Shown one piece after another: positions 38,096 to 46,761 of a stretch of 64,000 nucleotides of DNA. Both the position numbers and the translations under genes were made by a program. Location: positions 19,674-83,673 of the forward strand of contig CACZDC010000003.1 of the NCBI GenBank assembly GCA_902779785.1, given 5' to 3'. Position 1 is the first letter of the stretch, and the number at the start of each line of letters is the position of its first letter. The notes beneath the pieces were generated by a model. It worked only from the letters and a program-made list of their open reading frames with translations, did no database searches and was not told the origin of the DNA. This DNA comes from an uncultured Bacteroidia bacterium. Lineage in GTDB: Bacteria > Bacteroidota > Bacteroidia > Bacteroidales > UBA932.

Positions 38096-39627
38096 TGATA
38101 GAGGAGAACCGTCATAAAAGAGACCTGAGGGATTCCATCGACTGGAAGCTCATCATAGTTTACATCATCCTGGTGCTGATAGGATGGGTGAACATTTATG
38201 CAGCGGTCCACACCTCGGAGCCCGGAGCGATTTATGAGTGGGGCGTCCGGAGCGGGAAACAGCTGATCTGGATGCTGACTGCCTTCTCGCTGGCCGCACT
38301 GATTCTCTTCGTGATTCCCCCAAAACTCTGGGAAGTCAGTTCCATACCGCTCTACGGCTTTGTTTTCGTCCTTCTGATTGCCGTTATCTTCCTTTCAAAG
38401 GACGTCAACGGCTCACACTCGTGGTTCGAGCTCGGACCGGTGAAATTCCAGCCGGCCGAAATATCCAAAATCACCACCTCGCTGCTGTTGGCGGCCTATA
38501 TGAGCCGGCCGAATTTCCGCCTTGGCAAGCTGAAGGACTTCATCGTCACAATGGCCATAATCGGCCTCCCGATGCTCTCCATCGTCGCCGAGAGCGAGAC
38601 CGGCTCGGCCCTTGTCTATACCGGTTTCATCTTCGTGCTGTACAGGGAAGGCCTGTCCGGATGGTGGCTGGCGTTCATCGGAATGGCGATACTGCTTTTC
38701 ATCACTACGCTGACCCTCAGCCCATACAGTTCCATAATCATCCTCGCCGCCATCCTGACGCTCTGCGCAGTCATCAAGTCTCCAAGGAAGGAAAACCGCA
38801 AAAGACTGCTCATCGGAGGAAGCTTCGTCGGAGTGATGGCCCTGCTTCCGAGCCTCTGGAGGACGGCCGTGAAGGCCGTAGAAAGGCGGCAGGCCTTCCT
38901 CGACTCCCGCTATTACGTACCCCAGCCCGGAGAGACGGACCGCTTCTGGTGGGACTTCTTCCCTACTTTCGACCCGGTATGGATCCTGGTCGGACTCATC
39001 GCCGCCGCGCTTCCCTTCCTTGTCTATCACGCATACCGTCATCGTGACCGTTTCCTCGGAATGAGCATCGTGGCACTGGTATCTGGTATGATTATGGTCT
39101 TTTCGACGGAATACATTTTCAACAATATCCTGAAAGACTACCAGAGAGGCCGAATCGAAGTCCTCCTCGGGATAAAGGAGGACCTGGCCGGCGCGGGATA
39201 CAATGTCAACCAGTCCAAGATTGCCATCGGCTCGGGCGGGCTGTTCGGCAAGGGTTATCTCCAGGGGACCCAGACCACCCTGGGCTTTGTGCCGGAGCAG
39301 GCCACTGACTTTATTTTCTGCACCGTCGGGGAAGAATGGGGCTTCGTAGGCTGTCTGGTCATCATACTGCTGTATGTATTCCTGATCTCCCGACTTATCA
39401 TCGATGCCGAACGCTGCCGTTCGCCATTTACCAGGATTTACGGCTACTGTGTAGCGGCCTGCATCTTTATGCACCTGTTCATCAATATAGGTATGACGGT
39501 CGGACTGATGCCGGTCATAGGCATTCCCCTGCCGCTTCTGAGCTACGGGGGCTCGTCGCTATGGGCCTTTACCATACTCATCTTTATCTTCATAGCCCTT
39601 TACCGGGACGAGAAGAAGTATTTTTAA
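38095..39627 (+). CDS. rodA: Peptidoglycan glycosyltransferase RodA (SEDS)
   Basis: FQPAEISK, GYNVNQSKIAIGSGG, PEQATDFIF, GEEWGF, GIPLP..SYGGSS. Confidence 0.94.
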   Translation: MIEENRHKRDLRDSIDWKLIIVYIILVLIGWVNIYAAVHTSEPGAIYEWGVRSGKQLIWMLTAFSLAALILFVIPPKLWEVSSIPLYGFVFVLLIAVIFLSKDVNGSHSWFELGPVKFQPAEISKITTSLLLAAYMSRPNFRLGKLKDFIVTMAIIGLPMLSIVAESETGSALVYTGFIFVLYREGLSGWWLAFIGMAILLFITTLTLSPYSSIIILAAILTLCAVIKSPRKENRKRLLIGGSFVGVMALLPSLWRTAVKAVERRQAFLDSRYYVPQPGETDRFWWDFFPTFDPVWILVGLIAAALPFLVYHAYRHRDRFLGMSIVALVSGMIMVFSTEYIFNNILKDYQRGRIEVLLGIKEDLAGAGYNVNQSKIAIGSGGLFGKGYLQGTQTTLGFVPEQATDFIFCTVGEEWGFVGCLVIILLYVFLISRLIIDAERCRSPFTRIYGYCVAACIFMHLFINIGMTVGLMPVIGIPLPLLSYGGSSLWAFTILIFIFIALYRDEKKYF

Positions 39628-39670
39628 TCTGTAAAATCTTGCTTATCTTTGTGAGCAATAGATATTTGCA

Positions 39671-39922
39671 ATGATCAGCACCATAATACTCGCCGTAATT
39701 GGCATAGCCCTTTTTCTCTGGTTCCTCAAATTAGGCTACCGCGGGAAAAAGTTGCTCTATGCTTCTGCAGTCTTGCTTTTCACCATAGGATGTTTCATCT
39801 TCCTGATTCACCGTGAGATGATTTTCGCCTTTATCGACAGCACTTTCGGCGTATGGGGAGGGATCGGCGTGCTCCTCGGCTTCTGCCTGATCGTCTGGAT
39901 TATAATGAAAATTCTATTCTGA
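39671..39922 (+). CDS. Small hydrophobic hypothetical protein (3 TM)
   Basis: 83-aa ORF, three hydrophobic stretches, TATCTTTG box at 39645-39652 upstream. Confidence 0.55.
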   Translation: MISTIILAVIGIALFLWFLKLGYRGKKLLYASAVLLFTIGCFIFLIHREMIFAFIDSTFGVWGGIGVLLGFCLIVWIIMKILF

Positions 39923-39934
39923 ATGTTTTACCCT

Positions 39935-40888
39935 ATGAAAAGACTTGTATACCTGGCACTTGCACTTGCCATAACGGGCTGCGACTTGCTTTCGAAAGAT
40001 CCGGTGAAAGAGGATAACACTAACGGAAACGAGGGCGGAGGCAGCGAAATCACCACTCCTCTCTTCCCTGCCGGGAACGATGAGGTGGACGGGATCGCCC
40101 AGCCAAAAGGAGCCCTGAAATCCATAGAGACATACTACTTCAATGAGAGCAGCACGACCGTTATTTGGGACAAAAAACAAACTACAATCATCTACGATGA
40201 ATTAGGACGTCCCAAGAGGGAAGACTTTCTGTACTACAACTATGAAAACGGAGTGTATCAAGGCACCACCCGCACGGGCGGCAGCAATCTTTATTTCTAC
40301 TCTCCCGGCAAGGTCGAGCTCAAATACAGATATAGTGACGGAGAAGTAATCACTATCGGGAAAATAGAACTCAATTCCGACGGCCTGGCGGAAATCTCGG
40401 ATACGGGCTCCGAGAAGAACGGGAAATGGGTTTCAAGCAGTAAATGGCAGTTCACCTACAATGCCGGGAGATGGACCCTGAAGAAAAAGCTTATAGGGAG
40501 TGCGAATGACAGGGACGTTGAATACAGCTGGAACGATGACGGATCGCTGTATTCCGCCAAGGAGCAATGGAACGGGCCGGCGAATCCGGACGAAGACGGC
40601 AGCGAATATTATAACTACGGTATCGACAATCCTACCTACAAGCAGGCTTACGACATCAGCGAGATTGTCTTAAACTTAGGTGGATATTATTTCGCCGGCC
40701 TCGGAAGTTCCAAGCTTCCCACTTCAGTAAGAACCACTTATCGTAACGAGGGAAAGGTTTTCACCTACCAGAAAGCCTCTTCCGGGCAGATTGTCAAGAT
40801 CAGCGAAAAAATCTGGCCATTTGCTGACGACGACCCACAGGCCAAGAATTTCCTCTATCACGAGTATAAGCTGAGTTATTACAATTAG
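39935..40888 (+). CDS. Hypothetical surface lipoprotein, beta-hairpin rich (DUF4595/YD-like)
   Basis: MKRLVYLALALAITGC-DLLSKDPVKED lipobox; recurring Y.YD..GR / F.YN..G. / Y.WN..G. strands. Confidence 0.7.
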   Translation: MKRLVYLALALAITGCDLLSKDPVKEDNTNGNEGGGSEITTPLFPAGNDEVDGIAQPKGALKSIETYYFNESSTTVIWDKKQTTIIYDELGRPKREDFLYYNYENGVYQGTTRTGGSNLYFYSPGKVELKYRYSDGEVITIGKIELNSDGLAEISDTGSEKNGKWVSSSKWQFTYNAGRWTLKKKLIGSANDRDVEYSWNDDGSLYSAKEQWNGPANPDEDGSEYYNYGIDNPTYKQAYDISEIVLNLGGYYFAGLGSSKLPTSVRTTYRNEGKVFTYQKASSGQIVKISEKIWPFADDDPQAKNFLYHEYKLSYYN

Positions 40889-40891
40889 ACC

Positions 40892-41716
40892 TCATTCCCC
40901 CGGCACCGTCACCGTGGCGAAAGTTGCGCCGTAGCCTGCCCAGTAGCCGTAGGCCCCTTTCATATTACTTGGCGGGTTGGACATAATGGGGAACAAACCT
41001 ACCGAGCCCACGGTCGAGATCCCGTCGAAACTGTTCCAGTAGGCCCAGATATCCTCCTCCACCGTGCAGAATTTGATATGGACCGTCTCCCCGGGCCTGT
41101 AGAGCGGTTTCCAGTTTTTGTTGGCAAGGCTCCATCCACGCATTACGGACACCGCACCGGCCCTGTTGGAGGCCATCTGCCCGCTCAGAAGGGACGGAAG
41201 ATACATCGTGTCCTGCCCCTCGACCATAGCAAAGAAACGGTGGTAGCCTTCCGGGTCATCGAAGTATGCCGTCACCACATACATACCTTCCTGCTGCTCC
41301 GAGCGGGACACTTCGACCCGGTCCAGCGGAACGGGCTCCGGGATGCGTGTGACAGCCTTGGCGACGTGATTGCCATACATAAGCTTCAGGGAATAGCTGT
41401 GTCCGGCCACACCCTCCATCTTGTCCGTCGTGTAGATCAGGGGCGGCAGATAGCGGCTGTCCTTTCTCGCCGTGAGGCTGACCTCGTCACCCGTGGTCTC
41501 GTCCTTCACGCTTACATAGGCCTTGTAGTAGAGATGCTGGGTGAGATCTTCAACCTGCAAGTCTTCCTCCGAAGCTGGGATGGGCGATGTGACCATAACC
41601 ACGGGAGCCCCGCCGGAGTCTATCCAGCCCTCCACCACCAGGCGGTCGAGGTCCCGGTAGGGATAGCTTGTGGTACAGGCCACGGCAAGAAGCAGGAGCG
41701 GAAGGAATCTTTTCAT
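40892..41716 (-). CDS. DUF4249 family lipoprotein
   Basis: LLLAVAC lipobox, LVVEGWI, G..G.SY.L, SN..GAYGYW; directly follows a TonB-dependent receptor. Confidence 0.8.
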   Translation of the reverse strand: MKRFLPLLLLAVACTTSYPYRDLDRLVVEGWIDSGGAPVVMVTSPIPASEEDLQVEDLTQHLYYKAYVSVKDETTGDEVSLTARKDSRYLPPLIYTTDKMEGVAGHSYSLKLMYGNHVAKAVTRIPEPVPLDRVEVSRSEQQEGMYVVTAYFDDPEGYHRFFAMVEGQDTMYLPSLLSGQMASNRAGAVSVMRGWSLANKNWKPLYRPGETVHIKFCTVEEDIWAYWNSFDGISTVGSVGLFPIMSNPPSNMKGAYGYWAGYGATFATVTVPGE

Positions 41717-41718
41717 CT

Positions 41719-43704
41719 CTAAAACTTATGGAAATATGACAGGGACGGCATCCATCTCAGGTGAAGCGATACGGGACCATAGGAATAACCGTGCTCGTCA
41801 TTGCTCTTTTTAGGCATCGAGAACACATCGTTCTTATAGCCAATGGCATTGTACAGGGCAAGAGTCAGTCCGTTTCCGCGGCCGTCGGCCTTGCGGCGGA
41901 AATAGTATGAGGCCGAAAGGTCCAGTCTCATATATGGCCTCATCCTATAGTAGTTCTTTGGGGAAACCTCCGTGATCAGTGTGCCTCCTATCATATAGAA
42001 GGACTCTACCGCCGTATATGGAGTTCCCGAGGCCAGGACGAAGACTCCGCCGAGGTCCCAGCGGCCACGGCTGTAGTTGCCGACGAGATTCAGTTCGTGG
42101 ATACGCTCGTGGGCGGAAGGATAGGTCTGACTGTCAAAGGTCCTGAGGGAACGTGACAGCGTATAGTTCACCCATCCGGTAAAGTCTCCGGCCTGCTTGT
42201 GCAGGGTAAGGCAAAGGCCGAAATTGCGTCCGAGGCCGGTAATCAGGTATTTTGAGACCGTATAGTCCGGATCCAGATAATCCAGGATAGTGCCGTTGTA
42301 GTCCAGCTGGCCCGTGAGATGACGGTAGAAGGCCGAGACAGAGACGGAATACCTGTCACTGAGGAAGTTGCGCCCCCACGAAAGGGAAGCGTGATAAGAG
42401 CCCTGCGGCGAGAGATCCTTTCCCGCAAGGTACCAGAATTCATTGGGAAGGCCGATGGACGAAGGGCCGGTCTGGAAAAGATTCTGCCTCTCCATCCCCA
42501 GCAGAAGTTCGAACTTTCCGGCGCGGTAGGCGTCCCAGAGAAGGCGCAGCTGAGGAAGGAGCGCAGGATAGTCGGCGCCGTCGGCCGAATGGAACCAGAC
42601 TCCCTTGAGAGAGGCGGAAAGGTCCAGTCCCGGCACTATGGGCAGGGTGTACTGCACCCTTGCCGAGGCTTCCAGCGCGCTCTGGCTTTCATCGGCCGAC
42701 TTGTTGGAAAGATCCTTATTCCGCACAACGGTCTGCTGCGGATTGGAATGGTGCCATTCAAGCCGGGCTTCACCCTCCCACCTGCCGGCCGAGAGAGTGG
42801 CCGAATAACCTGCAGTGCCGAATACGGAGGGAATATACATATTGTATATGTCGTGGTTGAAATCCAGGGCCAGGTCAAGATGGGAATAATAGAGCCTCTG
42901 CTTCAGCTGTCCCCAGTCCCATTTGTGGATGTGATGCAGCGAGCCCTTGTAGTTCATCCAGTCAAACTTGAGACCATATCCGCCGCGGTCGCTGTGAAAG
43001 TCCGCATTGTCCCCGCCCAGCATAAAATCGGCCCATACCCGGTCATTCTTGCCCGGTTCCCAGTACCAGGTGACGTTGCCGTCGGTGAAGCCGTACTTGA
43101 AGGAGAAGATGTCCAGCCTGAGGAAACTCCCGTACAGGAGGTTTATGTATGAGCGCCTGGCTGAAAGGAAAATGGCGCTGCGCTTGCCTATGGGTATGTC
43201 CAGAGTGCCCTCGGCCTCAAAGAGGCTGGCCGAAAGCTGGCCGCGGAACTTTGTCGGGACTCGGCCCGGAAGCTGCATATCCACGGCGCCGCCGATCCGG
43301 TTGGCCCCCGAGGTATAGGGGTAGAAGCTCATCCCCTGGAAATGGCTGGAAATGAAGGTCGAAAAGAGGCCAAGGACGTGCGTGGCCCCATATATGGGCA
43401 CCCCGTCCACCGAAACCAGGGAATGGGAGTTTTCCGTCCCCAGGATATGCAGGCCGGCATCCAGCTCCGAGCCGGTCTCAACTCCGGGCAGGAGTTTTAC
43501 GAAGCGGATGGGATCAGGACTGCCGGTAAGGGAGGGAATGCGCCTCAACAACTCCGTATTCACGTTTATGGGCATCGCCGGAGAGGTCTCCAGCAGAGAG
43601 ACGTGCCTTTCCGACACGAAAACCGTGCTGTCGAGTCTGTCCCGAATCAGTGTAGAATCCGGCTGCTGTGCCAGAAGAAGACCTATTATGAAAAGGAGCC
43701 TCAT
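41719..43704 (-). CDS. TonB-dependent receptor (non-SusC type)
   Basis: Plug-like D.IRFVKLLPGV...VDGVPIY...H.LGLFS; barrel strands; W.NYTLSRS; terminal Phe. Confidence 0.85.
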   Translation of the reverse strand: MRLLFIIGLLLAQQPDSTLIRDRLDSTVFVSERHVSLLETSPAMPINVNTELLRRIPSLTGSPDPIRFVKLLPGVETGSELDAGLHILGTENSHSLVSVDGVPIYGATHVLGLFSTFISSHFQGMSFYPYTSGANRIGGAVDMQLPGRVPTKFRGQLSASLFEAEGTLDIPIGKRSAIFLSARRSYINLLYGSFLRLDIFSFKYGFTDGNVTWYWEPGKNDRVWADFMLGGDNADFHSDRGGYGLKFDWMNYKGSLHHIHKWDWGQLKQRLYYSHLDLALDFNHDIYNMYIPSVFGTAGYSATLSAGRWEGEARLEWHHSNPQQTVVRNKDLSNKSADESQSALEASARVQYTLPIVPGLDLSASLKGVWFHSADGADYPALLPQLRLLWDAYRAGKFELLLGMERQNLFQTGPSSIGLPNEFWYLAGKDLSPQGSYHASLSWGRNFLSDRYSVSVSAFYRHLTGQLDYNGTILDYLDPDYTVSKYLITGLGRNFGLCLTLHKQAGDFTGWVNYTLSRSLRTFDSQTYPSAHERIHELNLVGNYSRGRWDLGGVFVLASGTPYTAVESFYMIGGTLITEVSPKNYYRMRPYMRLDLSASYYFRRKADGRGNGLTLALYNAIGYKNDVFSMPKKSNDEHGYSYGPVSLHLRWMPSLSYFHKF

Positions 43705-44591
43705 AAAAGGATATGAGGCATAAGATTCCTCCAGGCTGCCACAAAGCCTGCCGTAGCACTGTCAAGACCGCCGAGGGACTTCCAGGCATCCTCCAGCACT
43801 TCTCCGTTCTCCGTCAGGATTATGAACTCCCAGGTCCAGTAATCGTCGTAGCGGCTCAGGATATGATGAGGTCTGACGCTCACCCTGGCGCGGGGAGTGA
43901 CGAGCTCTCCCTCATAGTAAACGCCGATATGTACGGCGGCAGCGGCCTCTTCGACAAGCGGTATCACCTTATCCCGGCTGTCCTCGTCCGAGATTGCGCG
44001 GAGAGCCTCCCAGAGGCGGCGGGCCTCCACGCTGCCCATAAGGCAGATTCCCTCCGGAAGTTCCAGACTCAGGTCCACAAGTTCAAGCGGACCTTCGGCC
44101 TTGAAACTTGCCAGGCTTACCCCCTCCGATGAAAAGACTATTTCGGCGTGCAGCTCTGCATCATCCGCGCTGAAGGGCCCCGCTTCAATCTTTATCCCGG
44201 TGGATTCTCCGGTGAAGGAATCCTCGTCCATAGTGAAGCAGCCCACAGTCTCGCCATTCCGCAGGACAGTCACGCTCGCCTTCCTGCCGTTTCGCTGAAT
44301 CCTCGCCTCGCAGGGGACATCGCCGGTAGTGAAAGGTATCACGCAGCTTTCCCCATCGATAATCTCTGCCGCCAGTATGGCCATATAGGCGGCGTCCAGA
44401 GTCCTCATTTCAACGGCCCTGACAGAACTGTCCAAATACTTCCGGATTTCCTGAGAACAACGGTCCCACTGGGCTTTCTGCCAGGCGGAACTCCCCTTTA
44501 CGGAGATGGGCGCATCTTGTTTTACGGCCTTGTCGCAGGAGAAACACAGCGGCAGGGCGGCAAGTAAAAGATATGCGATTAAGCGCCTCAT
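43701..44591 (-). CDS. Hypothetical lipoprotein
   Basis: MRRLIAYLLLAALPLCFSC-DK lipobox; ATGA overlap with the receptor gene. Confidence 0.7.
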   Translation of the reverse strand: MRRLIAYLLLAALPLCFSCDKAVKQDAPISVKGSSAWQKAQWDRCSQEIRKYLDSSVRAVEMRTLDAAYMAILAAEIIDGESCVIPFTTGDVPCEARIQRNGRKASVTVLRNGETVGCFTMDEDSFTGESTGIKIEAGPFSADDAELHAEIVFSSEGVSLASFKAEGPLELVDLSLELPEGICLMGSVEARRLWEALRAISDEDSRDKVIPLVEEAAAAVHIGVYYEGELVTPRARVSVRPHHILSRYDDYWTWEFIILTENGEVLEDAWKSLGGLDSATAGFVAAWRNLMPHILL

Positions 44592-44615
44592 ATTCTGCGA
44601 ATATACAAAATATTT

Positions 44616-45794
44616 TTAGAACAGTCCGCCTATGCGGCGGAGCGGCCCCTTCATTGCCTTCTCGAAGGCAGGATAATCATCCAGCAGCTCCGGAGTAAGT
44701 TCGTAACAGTTCACAAGGTCTTCTTCAATGCTGCGCTTGATTTCCGTGCTGATTCTCTCGTCGTAGATATACAGGTTGTTTTCGAAGTTGCGGCCGAAGG
44801 AAAGCGCGTCAAGGTTGACGGAACCCATAGCCGAAAGGTAATTGTCGCAGGAGAACATCTTGCTGTGGTCAAAGCGGTCCGTGCGCAGATGGATATGGAC
44901 TCCGGCCTTGACGAGTTCTTCGAAGAAGGCTCTTTCGAAGGGAACCACCACACGCGACGGGGCGTCCTTGAACGCGGGAATCAGAATCCGCACGTCCACC
45001 CCTCTTCTGGCAGCGTCCACAAGGGAGCGCATAAACTCTTTCGGGGGTGTGAAGTATGGACTTTTCGCATAGAAATACTCCCTGGCGTGGTCAAGGGCCC
45101 ATATATACGCTTTCAGGTGCAGACGGCTTTTTTCGCCGGGCACGTCGTCCACATACTGGACAGTCACTCCGCCGTCAAAAGGCTCCGCTTCCTTGATTTC
45201 ATACTCCGAGGCTTTTCCGCGCCTCCGCTCCCACATCCTTGCGTGGACCTGCTCCATACTCGCGACCACAGGGCCTCGGAGACGAACGGCCCAGTCTTCC
45301 CATTCCAGGATATTGTCATTGGAGATGTTGTTCCCTCCAGCATAAGCCAGGACTCCGTCTATGAGGAGGTATTTATGGTGATTCCTGGGCGTCAGGGGGA
45401 GAAGCGGATGGTGCCTGACCTCGACGCCGCTTTTTCTCATAGGATTGACAAAGCGGGCCTTCTGGTTGAAGTCTTCCGCAATGTACTGCACTTCCACCCC
45501 GTCCATCGCCTTCAGGCGGAAGGCGGTGCGGACGAGGAAACCGGCTTCGTCGTCATTGAATATGAAATACGAGGAGTGAAGAGTCTTCTCCGCGGCCATC
45601 ATATCATCCTGCATCCTCAGGAAGAGTTCGGCGCTGCAGGGAATGATTTCCACAAGGTTTCCATCCGTCGGCTCCCTTTCCGGCCTCGTGGAGAGCAATT
45701 CCGCCAGAGGCCTGTACTCCTCCCTAATCTGCGAAAAAGCCGCAGCGGGGAAAAGCAAGGTCGCCAGAAAGATGGACCGGAGAAAGGATGACAT
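44616..45794 (-). CDS. cls: Phospholipase D / cardiolipin synthase-like protein
   Basis: Two HKD motifs (HHKYLLID..GGNN; HSKMFSCD..GSVN), SPYF, AARRGVDVRI. Confidence 0.8.
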   Translation of the reverse strand: MSSFLRSIFLATLLFPAAAFSQIREEYRPLAELLSTRPEREPTDGNLVEIIPCSAELFLRMQDDMMAAEKTLHSSYFIFNDDEAGFLVRTAFRLKAMDGVEVQYIAEDFNQKARFVNPMRKSGVEVRHHPLLPLTPRNHHKYLLIDGVLAYAGGNNISNDNILEWEDWAVRLRGPVVASMEQVHARMWERRRGKASEYEIKEAEPFDGGVTVQYVDDVPGEKSRLHLKAYIWALDHAREYFYAKSPYFTPPKEFMRSLVDAARRGVDVRILIPAFKDAPSRVVVPFERAFFEELVKAGVHIHLRTDRFDHSKMFSCDNYLSAMGSVNLDALSFGRNFENNLYIYDERISTEIKRSIEEDLVNCYELTPELLDDYPAFEKAMKGPLRRIGGLF

Positions 45795-45808
45795 TGACCT
45801 GCTTGCTT

Positions 45809-45826
45809 TTATCTTTGCAAAGATAA
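45809..45826. promoter_or_regulatory. 18-bp perfect palindrome TTATCTTTGCAAAGATAA, forming two opposed -7 boxes
   Basis: Read directly; lies between divergent cls-like and 45936 genes; another TATCTTTG follows near 45863. Confidence 0.55.
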
Positions 45827-45935
45827 GTGTTTTTCGCGATTAAGCATTTCTGTAAAAATTGCTATCTTTGCACGTTCGGCCATAATGTCGCCGGAACGAC
45901 AGGCATAATCGGAATAAACCATTATCTATATCACA

Positions 45936-46604
45936 ATGAAAAAATTTGCTTTTATCCTGGCCTCCATCCTTCTCATCGGAGCAGCCGCATCTTGTGAAAA
46001 ATCCGGTTCTGACAAAGACGGCAAATCCGGAGGTGATTCCAAGAACCCCAGCACCAAGGTGGAAATCAAACTGACGGCTAATTTCAATGCCGACTATTTC
46101 CGCTATGCAGACTTTAAGGTAAAATATACCGAAGGCGGAAGCACCAAGACGGAAGACCTGACCGCTCCGGCCGAGAACAGCCGTTCAAACTGGACCAAGA
46201 CACTGGCATTCACCTCGGAAGCAGACGTGGTCTTCGAAGTTGTATGCACTCCTAAATCTGTCACATACGAAACGGCGACAAAGACGGTGAGCGGAAGGAC
46301 ATTCGAATATGTTGTCTTCAACACCAACGCCCTCGTCAATTTCGAGGTAACGGACTATGACGCGTCCGGGAAGCAGCTGGGGGACAGCTACGGCACCGTA
46401 CTCAAAAACGAAGAGAACAAGATTGACGGAAAGGTAAGCGAGACTCACGGCGCCGGCGCCGAATCAATGAATTACAACGCCCTTGCTATCAAAATCAATG
46501 GAGAAAAGAGCAACAACTTCATAGAGCGCCAGATGCAGTCTTACAGCTGCCACTACAAGATTGTCAAGGGAGAGGACGGTCTCTCCGCACAGACAGCAGA
46601 ATAG
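45936..46604 (+). CDS. Hypothetical surface lipoprotein
   Basis: MKKFAFILASILLIGAAASC-EKSGSDKD lipobox plus export signal; beta-rich mature domain. Confidence 0.75.
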   Translation: MKKFAFILASILLIGAAASCEKSGSDKDGKSGGDSKNPSTKVEIKLTANFNADYFRYADFKVKYTEGGSTKTEDLTAPAENSRSNWTKTLAFTSEADVVFEVVCTPKSVTYETATKTVSGRTFEYVVFNTNALVNFEVTDYDASGKQLGDSYGTVLKNEENKIDGKVSETHGAGAESMNYNALAIKINGEKSNNFIERQMQSYSCHYKIVKGEDGLSAQTAE

Positions 46605-46644
46605 CTTTCTGCCGCGACATTTGATACTCAGCGAGTTATACAAT

Positions 46645-46672
46645 GTCCCTTCCCCGTTTTTGGGGAAGGGAC
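46645..46672. terminator. GC-rich hairpin, probable bidirectional intrinsic terminator
   Basis: GTCCCTTCCCC-GTTTTT-GGGGAAGGGAC (11-bp stem) followed by TTTG, between convergent genes; the U-tracts are weak. Confidence 0.65.
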
Positions 46673-46761
46673 TTTGCGTATGTCCCGGGAGTCTCTCACT
46701 ACCGCAGCGCTGTTAGTGGCACACGGAGATGGCAGAGTAACAGCAGAAAGGGGACAGGAAA

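Noticed and set aside
45809-45826. 18-bp palindrome as a transcription-factor operator
   Set aside because: It is fully explained by two opposed copies of the common TATCTTTG(CA) promoter box; listed as a promoter feature only.
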